The translations under genes and the position numbers were made by a program. The notes under the pieces are model-generated. The model was not told the origin of the DNA. It did not search any database and worked only from the letters and a program-made list of their open reading frames with translations. A stretch of DNA of 64,000 nt, from NCBI GenBank assembly GCA_003142475.1, contig PLMK01000006.1, forward strand, positions 10,225-74,224, read 5' to 3'. How positions within the stretch are numbered: the first letter of the stretch is position 1; each line of letters opens with the position of its first letter. The stretch comes from Ignavibacteriota bacterium (GTDB lineage Bacteria; Bacteroidota; Ignavibacteria; UBA10030). Positions 28,973-38,583 of this stretch are shown one piece after another.

Positions 28973-31222
28973 TTAAATATTATTTTGATTCATTCGACGC
29001 ATCATTGCTATTGTTAAACCGCTAATAATCATCACGGAAGCAATCCACACGAGACTCATAAACGGCTTCACACTAATCTCAGCAATAAGAGTTTCAGGTT
29101 TTTGTATTCCCGTATGCATCATCCCTTTGACGTCAACCACATTAATTTGTACCTGTGACTTCTTTGTACCAGATGCCACGTTCATTGCCACAAGTTGAAA
29201 TCCAAGATGTCCATTCTTGAGATATGCTGTCTTCATCTCAAGATTTCCCTGTGTAGTATATGTTGTTGTTGGTACAATTTCCTGAACATCCTTTTCAGTT
29301 TTGATTTGAAGCACTGCGCCAATGGTGATAGAATTCTCTCCGCCCATCATGCCGCCTTTGCCATGCGCTCCCATATCAAATCTTTGGAAAGTAAGGGTAA
29401 TAGCACCGTAAATCTGTGGTTCATTTTTAACCAGAACAATCAGGTTCTGTTGATTTGTTTCTCCCTGCTCAATGGAAAGCGGCTCAAGATAGAAATCACC
29501 AGCCCACGAACTTACATAGTCTGGAATCCGCATCAGACTATTGTTGTAATTACTTTCGAACATTATTGGCTCGAGGAGTGAGAATTTACCATTGTATTCA
29601 ACGTTGATTGCATACTTTGTCTTCCCATCCTGCGCAGGTTTTGCACCGGTAAAATTCATTTGATAACCAAATGCAGACTTCGGCTGATTCAGTGGAAGCG
29701 CGATAGATTGTTTTTGTCCGTACCTGCCAGATGCGATGATGCCCAAAAATAGAATTGCCAATCCGACATGTGCGAGCGCTCCGCCGATAAAACGTGGTTG
29801 TTCCTTTGCAATTTGGTAACCATGACTGACACTGACAAAGAATGCGAAGAGCGATGTTAGTATGAGCAATGCAGCAAGAATATCATGCAAACCCATTATT
29901 ATGAAAATACCGAGAACGACAAAGGATAAGATGCCGGGAATAATAAGTTTTTTCATAAATAACGGTAGTTCTTCTTTGTTCCATTTTGTACGTAGACTGA
30001 GTCCGAGAAGTAACGTCATTAACACAGCAAGCGGAAGATTGGTACGATCGTAGAACGATGACTCAACCATAGAAGAATAAAAGAGCGGTTTGCTAGTTCC
30101 AAAAAGAATAACTGCTGCGCAGACTCCCATCACAATTGTGGCAATAGTGAGCATAGATTCGCGGTTGAACCATGCACTATGAGGGGTTGCGATTTTCAGT
30201 TCCTTCCACCGTAGAATAGTCATTCCAAATCCACAGAAGGCAATCACTCCTAACCATACGATAAGCAATGAATATGCAAACGTGCCGGGATCCACAAATG
30301 AGTGCACTGAAGCATTTGCAAGAATTCCACTGCGTGTTAAGAACGTACTATAAATAACAAGGAGATATGCCAGTACAGCAAGAATAAAGTTTGTGCGTGC
30401 AAGCTTGCCGGTGAACATCTGAATGAGCATTGTATGAATTAACATAATAGCAACCATCCAGGGAATGAGCGATGAATTCTCCACTGGATCCCAGCCCCAC
30501 CAACCACCCCAGCCCAGCACACCGTACGCCCAATAACCGCCGAGTATAAGACCGACACCAAGCGACATCGCACTGAAAAGTACCCAAGGCAAAGCATTAT
30601 GTAGCCACTTTTCGTACTTTTTCTGCCAGAGAGCGGCAATAGCGAGAACAAATGGAACTGCAAGTGAAGCAAATCCTAAAAACAATATTGGGGGATGGAT
30701 TATCATCCAAAAATTTTGCAATAATGGATTAAGTCCTTTGCCTTCCTGAGGAATAAATCCGGTTGGAACATTGTTCGCTGCTACATCCCAGATTAATTGA
30801 AACGGTGATTTAATTGCAATGAGCAGAAGAAGAAATGAAAGCACAAGCGAGTACGCCGCCATCGCCTCACTTTCTATACGTTCATGCAAGACAGTGCGCT
30901 GCAAAACAAATCCTATAACTGCGGCAAAAAACGCCCAGAGCAAAAAACTGCCTTCTTGTCCGGCCCAGAATGTCGTAATCAATAATTGTATGGGAAGATC
31001 GCGAGAGCTATAGTTTGCAATGTAATTGTACTCAAATCGATGCTGAAGAATGTATACCATAAGCAGTGCAGAAGCTGCGAAGACACCTATGAGGGAAATA
31101 AAAAAGCTTCCGCGCGCAACCAACAACAGCTTCTTTTTTGCTGTCGATATATAATAGAAGTAAGTTGATGCAAGCGTTGCTGCGAACGTAATCCAAATAA
31201 TAACCGAGCCTATCATTTTCAA
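28973..31222 (-). CDS. ccsBA: cytochrome c biogenesis system II protein, fused CcsBA-type (ResB/CcsA)
   Basis: Polytopic membrane protein carrying the CcsA tryptophan-rich WWD motif GWGGWWGWDPVENSSLIPW and conserved His residues. 749 aa with a large C-terminal periplasmic domain. Confidence 0.75.
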   Translation of the reverse strand: MKMIGSVIIWITFAATLASTYFYYISTAKKKLLLVARGSFFISLIGVFAASALLMVYILQHRFEYNYIANYSSRDLPIQLLITTFWAGQEGSFLLWAFFAAVIGFVLQRTVLHERIESEAMAAYSLVLSFLLLLIAIKSPFQLIWDVAANNVPTGFIPQEGKGLNPLLQNFWMIIHPPILFLGFASLAVPFVLAIAALWQKKYEKWLHNALPWVLFSAMSLGVGLILGGYWAYGVLGWGGWWGWDPVENSSLIPWMVAIMLIHTMLIQMFTGKLARTNFILAVLAYLLVIYSTFLTRSGILANASVHSFVDPGTFAYSLLIVWLGVIAFCGFGMTILRWKELKIATPHSAWFNRESMLTIATIVMGVCAAVILFGTSKPLFYSSMVESSFYDRTNLPLAVLMTLLLGLSLRTKWNKEELPLFMKKLIIPGILSFVVLGIFIIMGLHDILAALLILTSLFAFFVSVSHGYQIAKEQPRFIGGALAHVGLAILFLGIIASGRYGQKQSIALPLNQPKSAFGYQMNFTGAKPAQDGKTKYAINVEYNGKFSLLEPIMFESNYNNSLMRIPDYVSSWAGDFYLEPLSIEQGETNQQNLIVLVKNEPQIYGAITLTFQRFDMGAHGKGGMMGGENSITIGAVLQIKTEKDVQEIVPTTTYTTQGNLEMKTAYLKNGHLGFQLVAMNVASGTKKSQVQINVVDVKGMMHTGIQKPETLIAEISVKPFMSLVWIASVMIISGLTIAMMRRMNQNNI

Positions 31223-31386
31223 TCCTTCAATAGAGAGTTATCAATCACTGTTGGTTTACAACAAAAGAGAATACTCAAAGGTTTCATCACAAGGAATAGA
31301 CGGAATAAAACAACAGTGCGGGAGTTCTGGCTCCCGCACTTGTTAAGACAATGGATAATAACGCTTGGGTATTGTTACACCTGCAT

Positions 31387-32670
31387 TTACTTGTTGAGAT
31401 CTGCAATAGAATTATCCAAAAGAGCTTTAACATATTTATAGTTATGAATACCATGACTCTTTTCATATTGAATCTGTTGCAGGTTCCACAATGCACTAGC
31501 CTTGGAAGCCGGAAAAATTACTAACGGTTGTAAGGATGACGCATTAGCGGACCACGTGGAATCACCTGTGACCGCGCTGGCCGTCAGCGTTACCCATGGA
31601 ACAGCTTTTCCACTTTGTGGAAGCGACCACTTCTTCGTTATCGTTGTATCCATCATCATGCTAGCCAATTGTGATGTCTTTGCAATGATTTCATTGCGAA
31701 CCTGTGCCCAATGTGGATCGCTGGCATTGCTTGTTGAAACAGGACTAGAAGAATGACACCCGGTCACATTGCAGCCGTTTACATTGTACGATGGGCTTGT
31801 TGATCCAGAAGCAAGATATCTGACCCAGAATGTATGTCCGCCGTTTTGATTGCTGCTATTAACGGTCGCCATATGGCAATCCTCGCAACCGAGAGTACGC
31901 ATGCCGACCAATGTAGTATGATAGGAATTGTTGTACGGAGTAGGACCTGGAATTTCAACTCCGCCAAAACCTAAAAGAGTTTGTGTCGGTTCACCTGATA
32001 CGTGGTTATTCCATCTGGACGTATAGATCTTTGCTGTATCAGTAGTATTCGTCTTTGATGGATCGGGCTGCCACGATGCTGGTGTCGTGCCGGACTTCCA
32101 CATAAACGTGGAAGTCATACGTGGTTGATGGCACTTCACACATAGATTGGATGCATTACTACTATTCCATTGTTTCGTTGTTTGTCCTGCAACAAGTGTA
32201 AAAATATTCACTACACTGGAGTCACGCACAGTAAAATTAGCACGGCTATGTGGTGAATGGCAAGTAAAACAACCGGGAGGCGAAGCATTAGGATAACCTT
32301 GGTTACAAATTGGTCCGGATGGAGCAATTGGATTGAATGTTTCATTCGTAAAACCTTTGCTATAGCGTTCTAAGAAACCTTCATTCGTATGACAGCCAGC
32401 GCAATCAAATGAATTGCGAGCGAAATTACCGCCCTCAAAATGACTGGAGGCTTCATATTGAACTTCTTTAGTAAGTACACGATATGTTGTATCCAGATCT
32501 GGATTGTGGCAGGTCGCGCATTTAATACCGGGCGCAAAACCCTCGAGGGTGCTCTCTGAAGCATCTTTACCAGCAGGACCAGTAGGACCTTCTTTACAGC
32601 CAGACATAGCCGCAATTACAAAGATACCTATCCCCAAGATAGTAATACCCCAAAATATTTTTTTCACCAT
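31387..32670 (-). CDS. multiheme c-type cytochrome lipoprotein (5 CxxCH + 1 CX4CH)
   Basis: Lipobox AAMSGC. CATCH, CAGCH, CFTCH, CVKCH, CEDCH and CNVTGCH. Ser/Thr/Asn-rich linker regions. Confidence 0.8.
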   Translation of the reverse strand: MVKKIFWGITILGIGIFVIAAMSGCKEGPTGPAGKDASESTLEGFAPGIKCATCHNPDLDTTYRVLTKEVQYEASSHFEGGNFARNSFDCAGCHTNEGFLERYSKGFTNETFNPIAPSGPICNQGYPNASPPGCFTCHSPHSRANFTVRDSSVVNIFTLVAGQTTKQWNSSNASNLCVKCHQPRMTSTFMWKSGTTPASWQPDPSKTNTTDTAKIYTSRWNNHVSGEPTQTLLGFGGVEIPGPTPYNNSYHTTLVGMRTLGCEDCHMATVNSSNQNGGHTFWVRYLASGSTSPSYNVNGCNVTGCHSSSPVSTSNASDPHWAQVRNEIIAKTSQLASMMMDTTITKKWSLPQSGKAVPWVTLTASAVTGDSTWSANASSLQPLVIFPASKASALWNLQQIQYEKSHGIHNYKYVKALLDNSIADLNK

Positions 32671-32765
32671 AAAAACGCCTTTAGGCTAAAGTAAATAGTT
32701 AATTTTAGTAATTTTTATATTTTTGGGTTTTCGTTTTAAATATCTTATGAATTCTTTCAGTTTTA

Positions 32766-33656
32766 TTATCGAAAATTAAGCACTACTCCACCGGCAAGAT
32801 CAATTTTTCCGTTTATATGCTTTGCTTTGTTTTTAATATTGCCTGAAGCATCCATCACATCTCCATGACATGTATAACATATCGTCAAAGCGGAAGGTTT
32901 ATGACCATTCGGTGGCAAAGTATGACAAGTGGTCGTACTGCCGCAACTTTTTTCTACTGGACCACCATTCCAGCGAGGTGCATAACTAGCACCGGTCATT
33001 ATACTAGTGGTAAACATCGTGGTATCAGGCGAACCTACTTTTGGAAGACGCCACGCTCCATGGCAGAATGTATTCGTGCATGTCATAGAACTTGGATCAT
33101 ATGTCGGGGTAGGTGTTATACCACTGCTTGTGAGATTAGCCAAGGGATCATTCAGAATAACTTCTGCACGTCCATCTGCACTGATATGAGCTGGATCATA
33201 AATACTCGTCGGCATGTGATGGCACGCATCGCATAACATACTATGGGATGAATAGGTCCCGTTGCCGATAAAATGGATTTGATGAGCTCCTACACCATGG
33301 GCTGTATATGAAGTGCTTCCATCGAGAGCCGGTGCGGGGGGCATGCCATGACAGGTTGCACAATTTTGCGGACCACCAGGTGCTGTATGGCAAATATTGC
33401 ATGATTTTCCTGATATCCCTCCAGTATAGTCAGCACCATGACAAGATTGGCAGACGTGCATATCCCAATTATTATTTTGGATCGCTTTGCCATGAAAATT
33501 GGCAGAAGTAGTATCCGTCCACCCTTGTACATGAATTTGCAACTCATCACTCTCTTCTGTCGGCAAATCCTTCTTCAAATCGCTGCATGAGCTAAGGAAA
33601 AGAATAAGCACAAGAGTTGTAAAAATCGAGATTATATAGTGTCTCTTCATATTCAA
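32766..33656 (-). CDS. multiheme c-type cytochrome lipoprotein (5 CxxCH + CX4CH/CX5CH)
   Basis: Lipobox FLSSCS. CQSCH, CNICH, CATCH, CDACH, CYTCH, CTNTFCH and CGSTTTCH. Confidence 0.8.
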   Translation of the reverse strand: MNMKRHYIISIFTTLVLILFLSSCSDLKKDLPTEESDELQIHVQGWTDTTSANFHGKAIQNNNWDMHVCQSCHGADYTGGISGKSCNICHTAPGGPQNCATCHGMPPAPALDGSTSYTAHGVGAHQIHFIGNGTYSSHSMLCDACHHMPTSIYDPAHISADGRAEVILNDPLANLTSSGITPTPTYDPSSMTCTNTFCHGAWRLPKVGSPDTTMFTTSIMTGASYAPRWNGGPVEKSCGSTTTCHTLPPNGHKPSALTICYTCHGDVMDASGNIKNKAKHINGKIDLAGGVVLNFR

Positions 33657-33665
33657 TTCGCTCTA

Positions 33666-34877
33666 TTATCGGTGTTGATGGCAATAACCGCAAAATTTTT
33701 GTCCTCTAACACCACTTGGCCGCGCATTGGAATCTGTATGGCACATATAGCATGTCGCACCAGGATCATCATGCCAGCTCCCATGATTACCGGACATAAA
33801 TCCGGGGTCATGAGTTTTTGGATCTGTACCTTTGATGCCGTCAGGATCGTTATGACACGTGATGCATACCGGATCGGTGCCTTCTGAGCCATGACATGCT
33901 GCACACGACTCAATGTCACGTCTTGCCAAGCGGGCATGTTCACCGCCGCCGCTTCCAACTCCTAGCGTTGTAAATCCAGCTACTGCATGTGATGCCGGCT
34001 TGAATGCACTTTGATTTATATTGCCTCCGGCTTCATGACATGTTGAACAATATTTTTCTGAGCTGTGGCAAGTTTGACATTCCAATGCCTTACCCTTTGC
34101 GGCAATACCATGTGTGAAGCGGAAATTCAAATCGTGTATTTTTGTCAAACGCATTTCTTGTCCTCGATCGATTGCTGTGAGACGCGGCGATCGTTGTGAT
34201 GTAAGATTGCGTCCCGGCACATCTACTTTTATTAATTCCGATCCGTTGTGACAATCGATACAGGTTTCTTGCGAGTGGCAAACGCCGCACTTGGCATCAC
34301 CAAGCCGCGCTAATCGTTTATGTTCATGGATAAAATTTGTACGATTGTGCTCTACAGGACGCAGCGACGCAAAATTGGTATGGCACTTCTCACATGCACC
34401 TGTTGCTTTCGTATCGTTGTGGCAGGAGTTGCATGTTGCCATTGCAGGTACAAGTTCTCCGGTTGCAACACCGGCTTTATCGAGAACAGTATGACATGTT
34501 TCGCATGTTACTTTTTGATCTTCCACATGCTGTTGATGTGAGAACATCAGTTCGCGTATAGGATTTAGTGTCGCTGTATATATTGTAGAATCCGAATTCA
34601 GATGACAATAAGTGCAATTATTCTTCAATGGTTCTTCATGGCAGCTCTTGCAAGCTTCCATCTTCGCAAGAAGATTATCGGATGCTTTTGTGCTCTTTGA
34701 TGCGTCGGTATGGCAATCTATACAGGCGACGCCGGCTTCGCTCACATGGAATTGATGCGAAAATTTTACACCCTTCTGATGTTTATCACCATCGGTTTGT
34801 TCATGTGGTACCAATGCACCGGTGAAGGTAAAAAGCAATGTCAGCACTACGCTGATGAGAAGAAATCCATGCTTCAT
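33666..34877 (-). CDS. periplasmic multiheme c-type cytochrome with 14 CxxCH motifs
   Basis: Signal peptide. 14 CxxCH in 403 aa (about one per 29 aa), a density typical of c7/c3-type poly-triheme cytochromes. Starts 10 nt downstream of the preceding gene. Confidence 0.85.
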   Translation of the reverse strand: MKHGFLLISVVLTLLFTFTGALVPHEQTDGDKHQKGVKFSHQFHVSEAGVACIDCHTDASKSTKASDNLLAKMEACKSCHEEPLKNNCTYCHLNSDSTIYTATLNPIRELMFSHQQHVEDQKVTCETCHTVLDKAGVATGELVPAMATCNSCHNDTKATGACEKCHTNFASLRPVEHNRTNFIHEHKRLARLGDAKCGVCHSQETCIDCHNGSELIKVDVPGRNLTSQRSPRLTAIDRGQEMRLTKIHDLNFRFTHGIAAKGKALECQTCHSSEKYCSTCHEAGGNINQSAFKPASHAVAGFTTLGVGSGGGEHARLARRDIESCAACHGSEGTDPVCITCHNDPDGIKGTDPKTHDPGFMSGNHGSWHDDPGATCYMCHTDSNARPSGVRGQKFCGYCHQHR

Positions 34878-34917
34878 AATAATTGACGTGTTCTTTCGAT
34901 TTGTTGGTATGGTAATC

Positions 34918-36216
34918 TCAGAAAATGTTCAAACGTTCGCCTAAATAATAACTGCCTCGTAAAAAGAGGCGCACATCATTGTTATAAATTTTATTTTGGA
35001 TCCACTGTACCTGCGCATCCAGCGAAAGGGCCGGAATTGGGCGGTACACCGCTCCGACAGCACCGCTTAGAGCATCTGTTATTGGTGCATTGCTGTTTAA
35101 TTTATAGTGTGCATACCCCGCTACAATAGTCGGTGTAAGTTTATTATCAAATAATGGATAACCCGCATTCATAGAAAACGCTGCTAATTCTCCGCCATAA
35201 CCGGTGTTCCAGCTAAAACTTGCCGAGGCGTACTTTATATTGCAGCCAAGTGTAACTTGATTGGAATTGTCATCACCGTATGAAACGGCACCGAACTTCC
35301 CAAATACTTGCCAGTCCTTGCAGATTGCGTATTCGGCGCCAAGTTCATATTCGCTTATCGTGTTATAAGCAAATACCCAGAATATGGAATTATATGAAAG
35401 ATGCGGTTCGCGGTGGATATATTCACCTGTAAGCGAAAACGGTTCCGTTACCCTTACTCGTGTAAAGAATTGAATTCGTGAAAATATTTCCTGATTTAAA
35501 TCGAAATCGCTTCGAGCATATGCAGAGATCATGTCGTAGTCAATGCTGATGTCTCCGCTAATATATTGTTCGGCCGTCGCACTTGGAGATATCTCTGTTA
35601 TAACGGGATTGAAAAGGGAGTCTTTTCTGAGCGCCCAGTACGTTTCAGGTTTAATATTTTTCTGCATATAGCTCAATGATACACGTGCAAAGTCCATCGG
35701 CATACCAATCAACTGTGCGCCGAACATATTATTATTTTTCTGATCACTAATCATCTCAAATTTTTGTCCGGGAGATGGCAGAGCACCATAATAACCGAAC
35801 ACCTTCAATCTTGAATCAAGCAATCGGATTGAAGCGATGCCGCCATCGATTGTGCCGTTACCAACGCCTGCAAAGATCGCTTGACGACCGAGACTGATAT
35901 CGACCATTTCAAATAAGTTTGCGTAATTCAAATAAAAATTATAGAACCGAATTGTACCTTCATTTTTTAACGGACCGGCAAAATCGTTAAACCCTTGCAG
36001 ATACGTATGAAACGAAAGATGCTCACCTGCCAACGCGAGCTGTACTGTCTGGTATCCGAACAGGTGGTTGGATGATTGACCTACTGTATCTTGTTGCTGC
36101 CACGCAGAGGCGGAAGAGACAAGTCGCAATTGAAAAAATTGAGCCGATGTTTCACAGAAAAGAAAAATGAACATCGCCAACATCATTAAAATGCTGCGCT
36201 GCATTGGATGTTTCAT
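34918..36216 (-). CDS. outer-membrane beta-barrel (porin-like) protein within the cytochrome cluster
   Basis: Signal peptide, alternating amphipathic beta-strand pattern, and C-terminus ...LGERLNIF ending in Phe (outer-membrane beta-signal). 432 aa. Confidence 0.65.
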   Translation of the reverse strand: MKHPMQRSILMMLAMFIFLFCETSAQFFQLRLVSSASAWQQQDTVGQSSNHLFGYQTVQLALAGEHLSFHTYLQGFNDFAGPLKNEGTIRFYNFYLNYANLFEMVDISLGRQAIFAGVGNGTIDGGIASIRLLDSRLKVFGYYGALPSPGQKFEMISDQKNNNMFGAQLIGMPMDFARVSLSYMQKNIKPETYWALRKDSLFNPVITEISPSATAEQYISGDISIDYDMISAYARSDFDLNQEIFSRIQFFTRVRVTEPFSLTGEYIHREPHLSYNSIFWVFAYNTISEYELGAEYAICKDWQVFGKFGAVSYGDDNSNQVTLGCNIKYASASFSWNTGYGGELAAFSMNAGYPLFDNKLTPTIVAGYAHYKLNSNAPITDALSGAVGAVYRPIPALSLDAQVQWIQNKIYNNDVRLFLRGSYYLGERLNIF

Positions 36217-36326
36217 TGGTCGTCTATTATATGTGGTCGTGAATATACAAAACGCAAATAATTGAGCGCCTCAGTCTATTATTTCCAAGACGCCCGACCA
36301 AACAATTGGAATATTTATTCCAGCTA

Positions 36327-36845
36327 TTATCCTTTGGGAATTGGATGCTTAATCTTTGCCCACATTTCATCAAATTTAAAGGGCTTATAGGATGGACTTT
36401 TCTCGTTGTGGCATGTCTTGCATTTTTTTTCAATCGCTCCCTTATCTTTGAATTCCATTAAGCCCGCAGTAATTGCTTTTGCGTTATCTTTCATAATTGA
36501 AAAAGCCTTGTATGCTGAACCCGCACCGTGGCAAGTTTCGCATTGCACTCCATCGGCAGTGAGCTTAGTATCAGCTGTAATGGCATGGCACTCGAGGCAT
36601 TCAGGTGATTCATTTGCCGCCTTTTTCAATCCCCTTGCCTTAGTAATTTCGGCTGCTTTAGTCTCAGTTAAAGTTTTATAAGCTTCGGCGTGTTTGCTCT
36701 TCTGCCAAATTTCGAATTGTGCACCTTTCTTTTCGCCTTTATGGCACATACCACACATTTTAGCTCCAATATACTTGTTCTGGGCAAATGTGGAAAGTGA
36801 AAGCAGGAACAAAGTCGCAAGAAGAAATGTAATCGCCTTCTGCAT
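36327..36845 (-). CDS. periplasmic tetraheme c-type cytochrome
   Basis: Signal peptide. CGMCH, CLECH, CETCH, CKTCH. 172 aa, Lys-rich. Confidence 0.8.
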   Translation of the reverse strand: MQKAITFLLATLFLLSLSTFAQNKYIGAKMCGMCHKGEKKGAQFEIWQKSKHAEAYKTLTETKAAEITKARGLKKAANESPECLECHAITADTKLTADGVQCETCHGAGSAYKAFSIMKDNAKAITAGLMEFKDKGAIEKKCKTCHNEKSPSYKPFKFDEMWAKIKHPIPKG

Positions 36846-37074
36846 ATGAGACTCTCCTTTTATTTAATTCTTAATTAATAATAATATTTGCTAATGATGA
36901 CAGGAATTGTTTTTTCTACGTTCAGCCGGCGTGCATATACGTATAAATATGGTAAAAATAAATGTAGAAAACACCAACTTAAAATCCGTAAATTTGCCAT
37001 AACCTAATATACATATTAGTTTCTCTTCGATCACAATCTTCCCTAATTATTATCGTTTATAAAACCAAATTTAA

Positions 37075-38583
37075 CTACTCTTCTGCGTTATGGCAGTCGC
37101 TACAATTTATTTCTTTCCATGAATCTCCGATGTCTACAGGATGTTGGTATTGGACACCATCCAGCGAAACACTGTTTTCTCCTTTTCCAAAACTCTGAGC
37201 AAGAATTGTATGACAAACAGAACATTCGTTCGTGAGGATTTTCCCATCTTCTCTAATATGTTTATTATCATGGCATCGGAAACAACCTTTATAAAAAAGG
37301 TGACCAATATTGTTTGGAAAATGTCGCCATGTGACAGCCATTGTTGGAAAGTAATTTCGCGCATAAAACTTTTGGACTGTTGAAACCATCTGGCTAATTG
37401 CTGCGCTTTTTTCTGAAGCAACCTGAGGATAATTCGTTTTGTAATATCCTTCAATCGCAAGCCGGATACTATCCTGTGCGACATTTGAAGAAGAATATGT
37501 TTGATCAAGTGCCTTGACAGCAATGCTTTTTGCATATGGTAACTTTGAATCTATCAATCCGGCTGATATAACATGATCTACCGTCGGTACCGGGGGATGA
37601 TAGATGTGCGAGGGACGATTATGACAATCGATGCAATCCATCGTGCGTTTTTCTAACAATGCTAACGAATCTTCGGTGATAGGATTTTCGAGGTTGCGAT
37701 AGATATGTTCAGTTCCGTCTTTTTTACTTTTTACTTTAATCCATGGAATAATTTGACGCTGCCTATCTGCCGGTGCGTACGTAATTGCATTTGCAATATT
37801 CATGTTCCAATGAATACCTCCCGAAAGTCCGGTTTCTTCGTTTCCCCCGCCAACTTTGATAAGTAAATCCAAATTCCATCGTGTATTGGTTTCATCAGAG
37901 AGAAAATACGATTTCGATACACGCATTTCGCTAAAGAAATGCTTCGGCCAATGACATTGCTCGCATGTTTCTTGTGCTGGTCGAAGATTCTCGATTGGTG
38001 TGGCAATAGGGCGTGAATATTTATTGAAGATAGTGGAATACACCTGATATGCGCCGGAGAGCTTAGAGCGTACAAACCATCCAGCACCGGGACCTATGTG
38101 GCATTTTGCACAACCGACATGCGCATGTGGCGAACTGTTATAAGCTGTATATTCCGGCTCCATAACTTTATGGCACATAGTTCCACAGAATTCATCGGAA
38201 TCAGTATACTCGTAAGCTTTGAAACTGCCGAAGGCTGAGAAAATTAAGAGCAGCAATGCACCAAATGAAAACCAAAAGAACGCATTCCGTTGCTTTGGAT
38301 CATTTAAATCAATACGTGGTAATTTGAGATCTTGCGGCAGTCCTTGTTTCTCACGTCTGTGCTCACGCCAAATACCATAGAACACAAGTATAAGTCCAAA
38401 GAGAACGAATATTGGAAGAATAATAAATGTAAGAATGCCTATGTAGGGTTTCTGCTCTCCTTCAAACAGATCAAGGACAGTCAAGAAGAGCACAAGTCCG
38501 AAACTCACCGATGCAATTGCCGCACCGATCAGTGTCCGCAAATTATAAAATGCCGGCGGGAAAATGCGCTTCATATATTTCAT
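37075..38583 (-). CDS. inner-membrane multiheme c-type cytochrome (7 haem motifs), ImcH/NapC-NirT-like putative quinol dehydrogenase
   Basis: Two N-terminal transmembrane helices, then CGTMCH (CX3CH) plus CAKCH, CEQCH, CIDCH, CFRCH, CSVCH, CSDCH. About 500 aa. Confidence 0.6.
   Translation of the reverse strand: MKYMKRIFPPAFYNLRTLIGAAIASVSFGLVLFLTVLDLFEGEQKPYIGILTFIILPIFVLFGLILVFYGIWREHRREKQGLPQDLKLPRIDLNDPKQRNAFFWFSFGALLLLIFSAFGSFKAYEYTDSDEFCGTMCHKVMEPEYTAYNSSPHAHVGCAKCHIGPGAGWFVRSKLSGAYQVYSTIFNKYSRPIATPIENLRPAQETCEQCHWPKHFFSEMRVSKSYFLSDETNTRWNLDLLIKVGGGNEETGLSGGIHWNMNIANAITYAPADRQRQIIPWIKVKSKKDGTEHIYRNLENPITEDSLALLEKRTMDCIDCHNRPSHIYHPPVPTVDHVISAGLIDSKLPYAKSIAVKALDQTYSSSNVAQDSIRLAIEGYYKTNYPQVASEKSAAISQMVSTVQKFYARNYFPTMAVTWRHFPNNIGHLFYKGCFRCHDNKHIREDGKILTNECSVCHTILAQSFGKGENSVSLDGVQYQHPVDIGDSWKEINCSDCHNAEE

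Noticed and set aside
31387-34877. Cytochrome operon considered as a nitrite reductase (NrfAH) or hydroxylamine oxidoreductase locus
   Set aside because: No CXXCK haem motif (NrfA hallmark). Haem counts (6, 7, 14) do not fit NrfA (5), NrfB (5) or HAO (8). A beta-barrel gene and lipoprotein cytochromes are present.
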